A stretch of 64,000 bases of DNA from Octopus vulgaris (lineage: Eukaryota). The stretch is taken from contig OX597839.1 in the NCBI GenBank assembly GCA_951406725.2, forward strand, positions 10,292,001 through 10,356,000. Direction: 5' to 3'. Positions within the stretch are counted from its first letter, which is position 1; each line of letters opens with the position of its first letter. The position numbers and the translations under genes are program-made. Below the pieces are notes generated by a model. The model was not told the DNA's origin. It ran no database searches and saw only the letters and a program-made list of their open reading frames with translations. Positions 14,000 to 28,000 of the stretch are shown piece by piece.

Positions 14000-14610
14000 G
14001 TTGTTGTTGTTGGTGGTGTCAGCATAAATCGTTTATGTAGGCCTCTGATTGAAGACATCTTAACCGTGACGATTATGTCTTGTTTTCAAGGACAGAGCAT
14101 CCAATGTGCTCTTCTTTTTTCGAGATAGCAGGTTGTAATTGAAGGGCGATTTGGCTGCTATTCCTGTCAGGCCGATCAACCACAAGGACGGTTTAACTGT
14201 TCGTTGTTCTTTAACCCCAAGTTAGATGTGATTAAACAAACCTATATGGTCGAAAGCGCTCCAGCGAAGACCAAACCGTTTTTTAGACATTATCCAATAT
14301 GTTCTTCATCTATTTCAGACTGAAATATAAATTAAAGGAAATTAGGCTGCTACTTCTAACAAGCAGAATGACCTCGTAGAGGATCTCTCATGCTGGTTTC
14401 TCTAAGACTTAATTGTAAAATAGGATACTGAGAAAAAAAACCCCCAAAAAACAAAAGCTAATAATTTCATGGAGAGCCCCAGTTCAGTCTTGATCCAACA
14501 GATCTATGGTCAAAGATATTCCACTTGCAGCCATTTCACCTGTTATACATAGCGCATCTAGGACTACATAGTCCAATATGCATTTTCTGTTTTAAGACAA
14601 TGCAAGATTT
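14000..14610 (+). repeat. Old degenerate repeat, about three tandem related units
   Basis: Recurrent motifs (tt)ggctgcta.ttcta.cag and ctatggtcaaag; related segments at 4390-4600 and, inverted, at about 25560-25800. Confidence 0.4.
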
Positions 14611-14724
14611 AACACCTAATTTCTAAACTTTAATTCTTTAATTTTAAATTCGGGTTAAATCTGAAGGTGGACGAGCTTTATACTGTACTGTACTACATTC
14701 TTAGCAGAATATAACCTAATTAGA

Positions 14725-14769
<45 letters not shown>

Positions 14770-14798
14770 AAATAAACAACAAGGATATCCTGAGGTAA

Positions 14799-14885
14799 TG
14801 CAGTACGATCGTTTCATGCAACTCTATTTAATTGAACAATGCAATCATTACATCAATTTAAAATGTAGAGCGATCTTCAGCTGCA
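14799..14885 (-). ncRNA. Type I hammerhead ribozyme motif in a (TA)n-flanked insert
   Basis: Minus strand: tgcag CTGAAGA ...long stem II... GAAA cgatcg TA ctgca; 5-bp stem I, palindromic stem III. Confidence 0.65.
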
Positions 14886-15313
14886 CAAAGACATAAAATT
14901 TAAATAAATTAGAACAGATGGACACATTAGTATAATTACACCCAAAATCTCCAAGAAGTAAGGAGATAGATATAATATATAGTAAGGATATATATATATA
15001 TATATATAGCAGTATGTAAATTATACCGGAAGTGAGCGGTGAGGTTTAAGGATAGCGGAAGGAGTAGTTAGAACGGCATATCTTGTGACATCAGTCGAGT
15101 ACGATTAGTAAGGACACCATGTTGAATTGCCACAGATATTAGCCATTTCATAAGAGTTAATTCTCAGGGCAACATTAGATCCGATTTCTCTATCAACAAC
15201 CTTCCATCCTACTTGTTTTTAATGCAACCACACTTTGTGTTTGTGTGTTTGTGTATACAAATATACAGGTTATATATATAACTGTGTATATCATATATAC
15301 ATTTATAACTGCA

Positions 15314-15380
<67 letters not shown>

Positions 15381-15409
15381 ATACACAATATATATATATA
15401 TAAAGATAC

Positions 15410-15437
<28 letters not shown>

Positions 15438-15447
<10 letters not shown>

Positions 15448-15857
15448 AATTAAGGACTGAACACGAAAAGTGGACAGTCAACATGCTAGATATAGACGTC
15501 AAATCGTCATTCTCCACAAAAGATTATGTTCTCAGATCAAACTCAACACAAAACCATAGCAATAAACAAGTGAAAAATATACGAAATAAAATAATTACTT
15601 TAATTATTTTTAATAATTATTAATAATTATTTTATTTCGTATATTTTTCACTTGTTTATTGTTATGGTTTTGTGTTGAGTTTGATCTGAGTACATAATCT
15701 TTTGTGGAGAATGACGATTTGACGTCTATATCTAGCATGTTGACTGTCCACTTTTCGTGTTCAGTCCTTAATTGGTATATATAAATATTTTAATCTTCGG
15801 ATTCTTTTTTAATATGCTAGACCACTGGTCTTAATTGATAAATATCAATTTCTACCC

Positions 15858-15860
<3 letters not shown>
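15438..15860 (+). mobile_element. (TA)n-embedded fold-back element: 160-bp inverted arms plus ~80-bp terminal module
   Basis: Arms 15438-15597 and 15624-15783 with 2 mismatches and a 26-bp AT spacer; terminal module homologous to 59031-59110. Confidence 0.85.
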
Positions 15861-15915
<55 letters not shown>

Positions 15916-16597
15916 ATACACATGTTGGTGTTCTAGCATAACCGCAGCTTTAAAGTTGAAACAATTTAAAGAAATACATTAAACACAGACATATAAGCAC
16001 TCAGCTATGAGTATGTTACAGCTATTATTTGATAAAATGAGGAGAGTGCAACAGTGTTAGTATGAGGGAAATGTGGTGACATGGTGAGTGTGGCTGATAT
16101 CAGGGGAGGAGAGAACAGCGTTGTGTAAGCGACAAATATGGAGTGGCAGTGGGATGATAACGTTAATACAGCTGTCGTTCAGAGATATACACGCGACGCT
16201 GCATACATACTTTCGTAATTACATAGATACATGCACACACACACATGCGGAAACGCACACTCACGCACATACCAATACACATAAGTAACTTTTAAGACGC
16301 TGAGGAACGGAGTGATGGATGTGAGGAATACATAACTTTAAGGAAAGGGGGATAGGTGGATTTTCTGCGGCCCATCGCAAAGAAACACTCACACACAGAC
16401 AAACATACATACATACATACATACATACATACATACATACATACATACATACATACATGCATGCATACATATGTCTACTATACAGCATGTTAAACTCGTG
16501 ATTACCAGTGTGTACGTTTGTAAATGTGTGTGTGTGTGTATGTGCGTGTGTGTGTGTATCTCATGTTCTATAACTGTCTGTCTTTCTACTTTTGTAG

Positions 16598-17136
16598 GGC
16601 CTTCCCTGTTGCCGTCACATATTGTAAACTTTTAAATTACGTCAAAATTTTCAAATTTGGTATATTGGAATAATTTTCCATGTAAAATCCGATTTTGTTA
16701 TTTATTTGTTCCAGAAAAATTGCAGAAAATTGTTACCGAGGTTTAAAGTTTAATCAATTTTACCTAATGAGAGAGCAGGATTTAGAAACTGGCCTTTTCT
16801 ACATGATAGCTGTCTATCACGAAATGAAAGCAAAATCATTACCAGGAAGAACTTTTATTAAACAAATGAAAGGAAAGCATTACGGCGACCAAAGTTGTAA
16901 GTACTTTTGAAGTTTCAAACGGTCGAACAGACCGTTTATAATGTGAATAATTTAAAAAGGGGACAAAAAATCCCCAACGAAGTAATTTTTTGCGAAAATT
17001 GCAAGAGGCCTATCTGTCGAAGAAGGCATGATTTGACATGGAGTAAACAAAAACTTAAATACCATTGTAATTTACATTCTATTCTAATTCACATTTCGTT
17101 GTAAAAATTGCCCGGCAACGACGGACTATTCAGCTA

Positions 17137-17137
<1 letters not shown>
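16598..17137 (+). mobile_element. Probable non-autonomous Helitron 3' portion
   Basis: Ends cccggcaacgacggactattcagCTAG|t (degenerate subterminal hairpin plus CTAG); left boundary uncertain. Confidence 0.5.
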
Positions 17138-17185
<48 letters not shown>

Positions 17186-17614
17186 AATATGTGTGTGTGT
17201 ATGTATGTATGTATGTATGTATGTATGTATGTATGTATGTATGTGTGTGTGTTTGTATCTGTCAATGGTGTATGATATCAAGATGGATGAGGGCTGAGGG
17301 GGCGAGTGTGAATTAGGATGTTGTGAGTACAGAGATGCGGGACAGAAGTATGAATTAATTGTGGTATGTGGGAGGAGGAGGAGATGTTTGTATTAAGGTG
17401 TTAAGTGGTGAAGGAGAAAGAGTGAAATATGGGGATAGCAGAAGAGACGTAGACGAGGATTTAGGGAGGAGACAATTCTAGAACAAGGCGTAGAGAGGTG
17501 TGGAATAGTGTGTGTGTGTGTGTGTGTGTGTATAATCATGTATATATTTATATATGCGTGTATATATATATATGAATATGTATATATGTATATGTATATA
17601 TATATATATGTATG

Positions 17615-17670
<56 letters not shown>

Positions 17671-17736
17671 TAGTAGAGTTAGAAGTTAGTCAATTGTTGT
17701 TGATCAATATTTCTCCATTTTCTGTTTACTTTGAAT

Positions 17737-17779
<43 letters not shown>

Positions 17780-18013
17780 GGAGAGAAAGATATACAAATA
17801 CACATAAATCTATCTATCTCATACATGTATATATGCATGTATATATATATCTATATCTATGTGTGTGTGTGTCTATCTATCTGTCTGTCTGTCTGTCTAT
17901 CTAACTATCTATCTATAAACACACACACACACACACACGTATATGTATCTGTATGCGTATGTGTGCGTAGCAGATTCCTAAGAATTTAGCTCAGTAACGA
18001 AAGCCGTTTGTGT

Positions 18014-18217
18014 CACCATCATCCTCGTCATCATCCTCGTCATCATCATCATCATCATCGTCATCATCATCATCCTCATCATCGTCGTCGTCGTCATAGT
18101 CATCATCATCCTCATCCTCATCATCATCATCTTCGGTAATAACAAAAACAACAACAACAGTAGCAGCAGCAGCAGCAGCAACAACAACAACAGCAACAAC
18201 GACGACGACGACGACGA
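18014..18217. repeat. Compound (CAT)n/(CAA)n/(CAG)n/(GAC)n trinucleotide repeats
   Basis: Direct inspection. Confidence 0.9.
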
Positions 18218-18796
18218 GCTCGGAATATTATGGACTTCATTGTTAATGCCACTTTGAAGAAGGAAACAAGTGGAATGGTTTGTTGTCATCACAGAATCCT
18301 TCATAATGGCTTCAACGATCGTCATCCTTCTCCTCCCCCTCCTCATAATCGTCATTATCGTCCTGGTTTTCGTCTTGTTCTGCTATTCCTTCTCCTTCTC
18401 CTCCTCCTCCGAAGAAGACCAACCCACCATTTAACATTTCAGGGGCCTACCCCCCCCCCCCCACCACTTAAAACAATTAATAGGTGGTGGGATGCCATAC
18501 ATCCGCTCCACGCCCCCACGACCCCCGATCATATTAAAACCAAAATGGCGTGTCTGAAATGAGGTGGGTGTCGGTGATGAAGGGCGCAGGGGTGTCACTT
18601 TATATGCGAGGGTGGAGTGTCGGCGATGTAATTAGAGATTGTGTCAGGTTGTTTTCGTTTGTAATAAATCATGTATGTCAGATCAGCAGGAGGGGTGTTA
18701 TACGGATCCCCGAGGGGGGTCTTCACTGTCTTCTCACTTCCCTGCCAAAATTACCCCACACAGAACAGGAGATCGGGATGTATATATACATATACA

Positions 18797-18878
<82 letters not shown>

Positions 18879-18913
18879 TATATATATATATACACACATA
18901 TACATATATATAC

Positions 18914-19045
<132 letters not shown>

Positions 19046-19217
19046 CCGCGTGTGTGGAGCAAGAGTGATACACAGAGATTCTATTCATATGAATTATTAA
19101 ATAAACGATGACGTATACATCAATATTATATATTTAATGTGTTTGCTTGTGTGTTAACATATGTTTTATGCACACACATATAGTTAAATAGATATAAATA
19201 CACATAGATACTTATTC

Positions 19218-19258
<41 letters not shown>

Positions 19259-19479
19259 TAGGTATGTATATTTGCGTACGTATATATATATATATGTGTG
19301 TGTGTGTATGAATGTGTGCATGTATGCATGTATGTACGTATATATGCTTCCACACACACTTCTCCGACACAAACACACACACACACATTTCCAGGTATGT
19401 TAAGCAACCTTAACTATTGAATGAAATGAAACACAATCAATATCTCTGAAATAATAATCATTATCTATATCCGTATCCA

Positions 19480-19622
<143 letters not shown>

Positions 19623-19780
19623 CGTATTCGTTATCTATTCCTTCTGTTTTGCATATGTGAATTACAGGGTCTGTCATGCCCGGAGTCCAACTTTGATAGA
19701 AATAAGCATTCTTGACTGCTATTTCTATTTTTTCGGTATGCGGTCAAGCAACCTGTTTTGCCTGTCCCTTTTTCTTATAT

Positions 19781-19827
<47 letters not shown>

Positions 19828-20000
19828 TCGGAGATACTTATGGAAGCTGAAATGATATTAGCGTCTATTTCTAATTTCGGTACGTGACCCTGGATTATAA
19901 TTATGTATATAATTATAGAATATTTTGTATAATTCACCTAAAAAAGTTATTTTAACGTACTGACTACTTGGTAGAATTATTAATTATTAATCAATTGATA

Positions 20001-20161
20001 TTTTCTCTCCTTGTTTTTTCTCTCCTTGTTTTCTGTCTCTTTCTGTAGAAGAGCGTTGGCTCGAAACGTAAAAGACTTTTTCTATTCCTGAGCGTTATAC
20101 TATTACATCTGTTTGTTTTGTACACCACCTGTCTTCGTCTTTTGTTTTTTTCGTAAACTAT

Positions 20162-20166
<5 letters not shown>
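20001..20166 (+). mobile_element. Short hammerhead-bearing element, family H1 (ribozyme 20038-20075)
   Basis: tcttt CTGTAGA agagc gttg gctc GAAA cg TA aaaga; 3' end abuts (TA)n; four further loci in the window. Confidence 0.75.
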
Positions 20167-20226
<60 letters not shown>

Positions 20227-20523
20227 ATTATTCTAGTGTGTGTGCATTATATATGTATGTTTTTATTTATTTAATTCAGTGTTGCTTTCTGTCAATGAAA
20301 TGTTAAATTAGCATATGAGTATAATTGTGTGAGAAACTGTTGATGATCCAGCAATGCTCTCGACCCCACTGCTATTGTTGAATCATATTAATACAATAAG
20401 GTGTCTGATACGTGAAACGCTCAGCTGATACTAATGTACAGAAACGACTGTAGTGGTTTGGTTTGGATTAAAGCCTGTTGAATCCATCTTCTTGTAATAT
20501 AATATGTGTGTGTGTGCGACTCA

Positions 20524-20593
<70 letters not shown>

Positions 20594-20828
20594 GAATAAT
20601 AATAATAATAATATTAATTGATTCTCGTTTATTGGCCACAAGGGCTAACAAAAATCAAACATAACATGTAAGGACAAAGTCCGTTTGTAAAGTCCGTGTA
20701 AACATGCAAGATTACAACGAAAATATAACAAGTAAAATCTCCCAATAGGAGGAGGCGCTTCGAAAGGAAAAACCCATAAAAACCACGGGAGCCTGGTCAA
20801 AAAGGGAGTAGAGAGCCCTTTTCTCCTT

Positions 20829-20883
<55 letters not shown>

Positions 20884-21220
20884 GTGGGGGAGCATCATAG
20901 CCATGTGTTGAAAGAAATTCTTGGAAGTTTGGATAATTCACCTTTGGAAACATGGGTGTTTCGTTCAACATCCTTAAACAATCCTTATTCAGGGACCTTT
21001 TGAGCGGGATGGGCTATTCGACCAGAAGAAAATTCTAACTGGGCCCCACCTGCAAGGCCATGCGCTGTTTATCTTGATATGAGATCACCATGCCGCGCAC
21101 ATATGGTTGTGATGCATGTGCCTGGTGTACCCTTATCAGCCGGGTAGTCATGATGGGTATACTGGACTTCGTATATTTTACCCCAGTGTCACTTTGATAG
21201 CATGCACTGATCTCACTCAA
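20884..21220 (+). mobile_element. Interspersed repeat family C, 3' part
   Basis: Matches 5900-6170; flanked by (AAT)n. Confidence 0.75.
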
Positions 21221-21254
21221 TAATAATAATAATAATGATAATAATAAACAAAAA

Positions 21255-21440
21255 CACCAGGACTTACAAACACATATAACATACAGAAAATTGCACTACT
21301 AGGAACTGCCCACATCCTACGCAAAACACTTTCAATACAGTAACCATCAGAGCATCACAACAAAACACAGCACATACCCAAGGCACACAGAGCGGCGCTC
21401 GGTAGTGAAGTGAAAGCACGATATAAAAAAAAGCTACTGA
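21255..21440 (+). mobile_element. R4/Dong-like LINE 3' end
   Basis: PGLTNTYNIQKIALLGTAHILRKTLSIQ* plus UTR, flanked by (AAT)n. Confidence 0.8.
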
Positions 21441-22009
21441 ATAATAAAAATAATAATAATAATAAAAATAGGGAGAAGAGTTAATCGATTACATCGATTC
21501 TAGTATTTGACTGATAACTTTATTCTATCGACTCGAAAGGATTGTCTCAACGGGATACGGTTTCAGAATGAAAAAAATAAAAAAGAAACGTACACACAAA
21601 TGCTATGAAGATCTTTAAATTTATGTATCAGAATTGAAATAAGAAAGTGAAAGTAGCTTCGAATTACCGTGGGCCCTACAACATGATATAATAAAATTTA
21701 GAATACTTACTGTGTTGTCGTGTAGTCCTGTTCGGGAAACATAAGCTGTCTGTGTGTGTGAGTGTATGTGTATTAAATACTCTGTGGCCAAGCTGTCCTG
21801 GGGTCTAATCCGACCAGTTCAAATGTATTGCTACAACAACAACAACAATAATAATAATGCTAATAATAATACTAATAATAATGCTAATAATAATACTAAT
21901 AATAATGATAATAATAATAATGATGATGATGATTATAATGATATTGATAATAATAATAACTATAATAATAATAATAATGATAATAATAATAATAATGATG
22001 ATGATGATC

Positions 22010-22034
<25 letters not shown>

Positions 22035-22045
<11 letters not shown>

Positions 22046-22247
22046 TTAATAATAATCCTTTCTACTGTAGGTAGAAAGGATTAAATTTTGAGGGAGGGTA
22101 ATAGTCGATTACATCGACCCCAGTGCTTAACTGGCACATATTTTATCGACTCTGAGAGGAAGAAAGTCAATCCCGGCGACATTTGGAATGAGGACGTAAA
22201 GCCGGAAAAAGTGTCGCTAAGCATTTTGTTCGACACGCTAACGCTTC

Positions 22248-22280
<33 letters not shown>

Positions 22281-22288
22281 CACCCACC

Positions 22289-22380
<92 letters not shown>

Positions 22381-22720
22381 TAATAATCCTTTCATCCTGC
22401 CAAGATCGATAAATTAAGTACCAGTTGAGTACGGGGATCGATGCAATCGATTTAAATCTCCTCCAAAGTTCCAAACCTTGTGCCTTTAGTAGAAAGGATG
22501 ATTATTATTATTATTATTATTATTATTAGTATGGCGGTGAGCTGGCAGAATCGTTAGCATGCGGGGCAAAATGCTTAGCGGCATTTCTTCCGTATTTATG
22601 GTCTGAGTTCAAATTCCACCGAGGTCGGCTTTACCTTTTATCTTTCCAGGGTCGATGAAATAAGTACCAGTTACGCACTGGGTCGATGTAACCGACTATC
22701 TTCGTTCCCAAAATATAGTA
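22035..22720. mobile_element. Cluster of SINE family B copies (about 22035-22250 -, 22387-22500 +, 22532-22720 +) separated by trinucleotide repeats
   Basis: Similarity to the family B head and body. Confidence 0.7.
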
Positions 22721-22771
22721 AAAAGAACTGTCCTCCTCCTCTCCTTCCTCCTCCCCCTCATCACCTCCTCC

Positions 22772-22830
<59 letters not shown>

Positions 22831-23059
22831 GCATTGTCTTTGCACAGCTTCTAACACTAGAGATGTACTACGGTGTCAGCTGTTCACTACCAGTGAACTA
22901 AGGTAGGACCGCTTATTCTTCGTAATGTTATGTTTACCCATTTTTTTTGTTAAGGAAGCCATTTATTTTACGACCCCTAGTACTCCAATACTATTACACT
23001 GCTGTACCGAGTGCAACTCTGTGTGCCTTGGGTGTACGCAGTGCTTTGTTTTGGGTTTT

Positions 23060-23420
23060 GTGACCCTAGTATCGATCTATTGCATTTCAATCTGTTTTAG
23101 GTTAGGGTTATTTTGGTTAGGGGTGGGGGGAAGGGTATCTTTTTTTCTTCACAAATGTAAATAAACCCAATCCGTTTCTTAAACGAGGGACATATTCATA
23201 CGGCACAGAATGTTTTCACCTCAATAGAAGGTCATTGATTGGTTGAAATTGCCGAAATGCAAGAATTTAAAGACCAAATATCTTACAAACTATAGAATTT
23301 TCTCAATAAAGCCAAGAGAAAAAGATGTCTTATAAACATATTCTACCAGTATACGAAGTTTAAAATTTTTTAGTTACCTAGAAATTATGTTAAAAACTGC
23401 CGTTCAAACCGAAAAGATCC
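23060..23420 (+). mobile_element. Truncated copy of the Merlin-like MITE at 43572-43995
   Basis: Near-identical body and right TIR aaaaactgccgttcaaaccgaaaagatcc; left TIR missing. Confidence 0.85.
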
Positions 23421-23444
23421 TTGAAAGTACTTTACGTAATATCT

Positions 23445-23705
23445 ATCTGCATTCAGCCATCGCGACTATAACTGTTCACGGCTATGACATGACTTGATAA
23501 GCTTTCTCCATACTGGTCAGTTTTTACTTCAGTTTGCCATTTATTATGTTCACTTTCTTTCCACTTCATGTTCCCTTTCCTGGTATCTTTGAATTTCAGT
23601 CCAGATCTATGGTTTCTCTTCCCCTTGCGTAGTTGGAGGTAAAGGATTTGTCTGAGGAGTCCGTTGTTGTCCATCCCGTATACGTGACCCAACCAACATC
23701 TTTGT
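23445..23705 (-). mobile_element. RTE-clade LINE 3' fragment
   Basis: WLGHVYGMDNNGLLRQILYLQLRKGKRN...KFKDT resembles RTE W.GHV.RM...R.P..LLY..L..G.R. Confidence 0.75.
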
Positions 23706-24113
23706 TAGTTCTGGGGTTTTAGTTATGTATTTATCTGCGTGTCATTTTTTTCAACATTACTAACGAATAATTTCTGTCTTTAGTTCCCACATTCGGCTTA
23801 TCCCTATTTCCCGATTTTTGGACAATATTTTCTATTCTTTGGGAGATACATTATTGTCTATTGGGCCTCATACTTCAATTAAGAAGAATTTCTGTTATTG
23901 ACCAAACTGCTTGACCGGTACTTTATTCTAGCGATTCCCACCCATCAGAGAAAGAGGAAATCAATGTCTGCCGTTGCATGGTTGGAACTCACAACGTAAA
24001 GAAACGCAAGAAAATACTACAAGGCATTTTGTAAAACACATCACCAGTTCTTTCACTACCAGTCCTAGCACAATCATTATCTGAAACACTGGATTAACAG
24101 AATTCTTACCATG

Positions 24114-25052
24114 GCAGTGAACACTGGGGTCGATTTGATCGACTCAGCCTCGCCCCTAAATCTTCTGGCCTTGTGCCAAAATTCGAAACCAATGTTTTAA
24201 GGCATCGATCTGGCAGAACCGTTAGCACGGGCGAAATGTGTGGCCGTATTTCGTCTGACGTTAAGTTCTGAGTTCAAATTCCACCGAGGTTGACTTTGCC
24301 TTTCATCCTTTCGGGGTCGATAAATTAAGTACCAGTTACGCACTGGGGTCGATCTAATCGACTTAATCCGTTTGTCTGTCCTTGTTTGTCCCCCCTATGT
24401 TTAGCCCCTTGTGGGCAGTAAACAAATAAGAATTCTTACCATGTCAGGCAAAATGCTTAGCGTCATTTCGTCCGTCTTTTCGTCCTTAGTTCAAATTCTG
24501 CCAAGGTCAGCTTTTCCTTTCATCCTTTTGTGGTGGATAAAGTAAGAGCAGCCGAGCACTGGTGTCGATGTAATCGACTTAACTATTCCTGGGTATGAGT
24601 ACAAAACAACAACAGCAACAACAAAAGCTGCATCCTTTTGCCAAGCTATGTCGAGCTTATGTGATATGTGACGGAGTGGTCTCATCATACTAGAATGATC
24701 TGAAGCTATTCTCTGGGGGAAAGAAAAAGCTGGGGCTCTCGTCCTGCAGTGGATTGAACAATCCAAATCCAAATCCAAATCTAAACATTATACCAATTCT
24801 GCCACATCCACTGTGTGAAACAGTCTACCAGTTCTACCACTTTCACTAATAATTCTTTCTACTACAGGTACAAGGCCTGGAATTTTGGAGGGGGCTAGTC
24901 GATTACACTGACCCTTCGGTATTGATTGGTGCATATTTTATGGACCCCGAATGATATAAGGTAAGGTCGACCATGCGGAATTTGAACTCAAAATGCGAAA
25001 TGCCACTAATCATTTTTGTCTAGCGTGCAAACGATTCTGCCAGCACGCCGCT
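24114..25052. mobile_element. Cluster of SINE family B copies (composite 24114-24428 +, 24444-24585 +, 24850-25052 -)
   Basis: Family B similarity; direct repeat agaattcttaccatg at 24099-24113 and 24429-24443. Confidence 0.7.
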
Positions 25053-25977
25053 TTTACTATCTTACTACTAATAACAATATTGTCCAGCATAAGCCCCGGG
25101 GCCGCCACATTTGGGCAGGAAAGGAAGGTTATAGACGATTATATCAATCTCAGTACTTGACTGTTATTTTAATTTGACGATCGCCGCAGCCACCACGAAA
25201 AGAAAACTTAAGTTACAAAATGAAACCCAGCGGGGTTTGAAATCATTACAAAATGAGGGATAGAACTAAACCTCACAAGGCATTTTGTCCGCCGCTGTAC
25301 TGATTCTGCCAATCCACCGGCCTCCGTGGACTAAGTAATAAAGAGAAAGAGGAAAACAAGATGATAGAATTGACGTGTAAAAAGGATGATTTCTAACATA
25401 GGCAAAAAATACATTTGAAAAGCGATACAGGGATAAACAGTTAAATGAGACCCTAGTATATGTGTTTTAACAGCTCGGGTCACTTAGCAAGATAGAAATT
25501 TCAATTGAGCTGTAATTCACATGCTATGATCTCGAAGAAAAGTAAGGAAATATTGTAAAATGTTTCTGATAATGTATGATGTCTGAAAAAAGGATGGAAT
25601 GGTCACGGTCGGAATCCCTTTGATCATGGGTCAATTGGATCAGAATTAACCTGAAAGACAATAATGACAACAGTAAGAAGTGACACAGTGGATTCTATAG
25701 TTCTTGATACACTATCTGAACAATAGATGGGATAGTCATGGCTGGAACATATTGATTAAAGATCTGCGAGATTAAGACTGATCTGGAGCCAAATAACAAA
25801 AATAGCCACAACAAAACAACAATAACTCGAAAGAACACATTAGATAGGCGTTTCCTAATCTTCGTACTCTTGCAGAACCCTTGACAAACATTTCTTGACC
25901 CAAAGAATCCCTATATAAATATTACTATATATACTTATTAATCCATTTCTTTTTCTTTCGTAAAGTTAAATTTTATA

Positions 25978-26398
25978 AGCGTAGGAGTGGCTGTGTGGTA
26001 AGTAGCTCGTTTACCAACCACATGGTTCCGGGTTCAGTCCCACTGCGTGGCACCTTGGGCAAGTGTCTTCTACTATAGCCTCGGGTCGACCAAAGCCTTG
26101 TGAGTAGATTTGGTAGACGGAAACTGAAAGAAGTCCGTCGTATATATGTATATATATATATATGTACGTGTGTATGTGTATATGTTTGTGTGTCTGTGTT
26201 TGTCCCCCCAACATCGCTTGACGACAGATGCTGGTGTGTTTACGTCCCCGTAACTTAGCGGTTCGGCAAAAGAGATCGATAGAATAAGAATTAGGCTTAC
26301 AAAGAATAAGTCCTGGGGTCGATCTGCTCGACTAAAGGCGGTGCTCCAGCATGGCCACAGTCAAATGACCGAAACAAGTAAAAGAATAAAGAGAGAGT
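25978..26398 (+). mobile_element. SINE family A, full length
   Basis: Head, short internal microsatellite and tail all present. Confidence 0.9.
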
Positions 26399-26539
26399 AA
26401 GTGATTAGTTAAACAAATCATAAAACAGAGGCGTGGTAGTGCTATATCCAATGGGCACTACAGAGAGTGAAAGATTTCGTCTGAAACAAGACCGTTTTTA
26501 AGTCCAAATTCTCCTTATGAAGAGGTCGTTATTTCCCTC

Positions 26540-26842
26540 CGTTTGTTCCTTCTCGAGCCATGCCTGGCTCATAAGGGCCGGTTTCCCGGTTTCCTTGGCG
26601 TATAGGTTCACCATCAGGACGGGACGCCGGTCCGTCGAAGGTGAGCTGCAAGATGCAGGAGGAAAGAGTGAGAGAAAGTTGAGGTGAAAGAGTCAGCAGA
26701 AGTTTGCCATTACCTTCTGCCGGAGCCGCGTGGAGCTTAGGTGTTTTCGCTCATAAACACACACATCGCCCGGTCCGAGATTCGAACCCGCGAGCCCTCG
26801 ACCGCGAGTCCGCTGCTCTAACCACTAGGCCATGTGCCTCCA
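26540..26842 (-). mobile_element. tRNA-derived SINE, third family
   Basis: Minus-strand head ggaggcacatggcctagtggttagagcagcggactc...gggttcgaatctc (A and B boxes) followed by about 230 bp of non-tRNA body. Confidence 0.8.
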
Positions 26843-27071
26843 CTATTTCCCTCTGCAGGATCTCCAATTTATCTATAGATGCTAGGGTTTCCCTACCTCA
26901 GTGATCATGCTGTACTTCTATGATAGAATACGAACATAGAATTAAACGCAACAATGGCAGAAAATATGGAACTGCATATTATTAGCGAGTAATTAGTATA
27001 TTTATCATTATTTCTCGTTGACACCGACTGTTTTCTGGAATCCTAGTTGGGTGACACTGCAGTAGGTAATA

Positions 27072-27255
27072 TATATTTCTTTACTACCCACAAGGGGCTA
27101 AACACAGGGGACAAACAAGGACAGACAAACGGATTAAGTCGATTACATTGACCCTAGTGCGAAACTGGTACTTAATTTATCGACCCCGAAAGGATGAAAT
27201 GCAAAGTCGACCTCGGCGGGATTTGAACTCGGAACGTAACGACAGACGAAATACG
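27072..27255 (-). mobile_element. SINE family B, headless tail-1 copy
   Basis: Reverse complement matches body and tail. Confidence 0.8.
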
Positions 27256-27559
27256 AAATAGGTAATACAGTCCACATTACATTATGCCTAAATAAAAAAT
27301 GAGATATTGATGGCTAGGATTTGTCGGATCAGGACTGACCTGGGGTTAAGCAACAAAAGCTTTTTTTCCAGTCCCTACGAAAATTTTCCGTAGCTGTAGC
27401 CGATGGACGTATTGCAGTCGGTCACGTAGTTTAGCTAAAAATAAACAAAAATCGGATAAGACGTATAAACTTAACAAAATTAGCGGTTTTATATGTAATA
27501 CACATATATGAATGTAGAGGTGGCTGAGGAGTTTGGTTTATCCCTTTCATTTTTCACAC

Positions 27560-28000
27560 GATATAACTCACTTCACCCACACATTGTTTTGCAACACATA
27601 TTTATAATGTCTTCACCTTTCATTTTATCTCGTAGATTGTTGGTTTCCTTGCTATCTGGTCAAAAAGACTGTCGGTACCTTTCTTGATCATTCCAATGGC
27701 AACCAGGAATGGATTTGTCTCAATCTCAAGGCCTTGTATTCCGATAGTTTTTGCTGAGATATTTCTCTCGGTAGGCACCGTCACGTCAATTAACAGGCAT
27801 GTTTTTGCCTTGTCTTTGATGACGATAACTGGCCTGTTATCATTTATTTGCCTGATCGTAACATTCCCTCCCACAGTGACTGGCTGTAAATGGTGTTCAC
27901 ACCAGCTCGTAGAGTGCGGTATATAATAAGGACAGCATATGTTGCAGTATAACTATTGGCCAACCCGATCATGCCTGGTTTTACATTCTGTAGGAGTAAG
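27560..28000 (-). mobile_element. R4/Dong-like LINE RLE domain fragment, continues past the SINE insertion to about 28470
   Basis: NRPVIVIKDKAKTCLLIDVTVP (RPD...IDV.VP motif); RHDRV motif near 27960-27978. Confidence 0.8.

Noticed and set aside
15438-15783. Palindrome as a miRNA precursor or MITE
   Set aside because: Too long and too perfect for a pre-miRNA; the repeats are not terminal and there is no TSD, so not a MITE
17978-18355. Possible acidic or poly-Q exon
   Set aside because: Compound trinucleotide repeats like many others in the window (21830-22050, 45805-46070); no splice support
26770-26842. tRNA gene
   Set aside because: A and B boxes are present but the acceptor stem does not close and a SINE body follows
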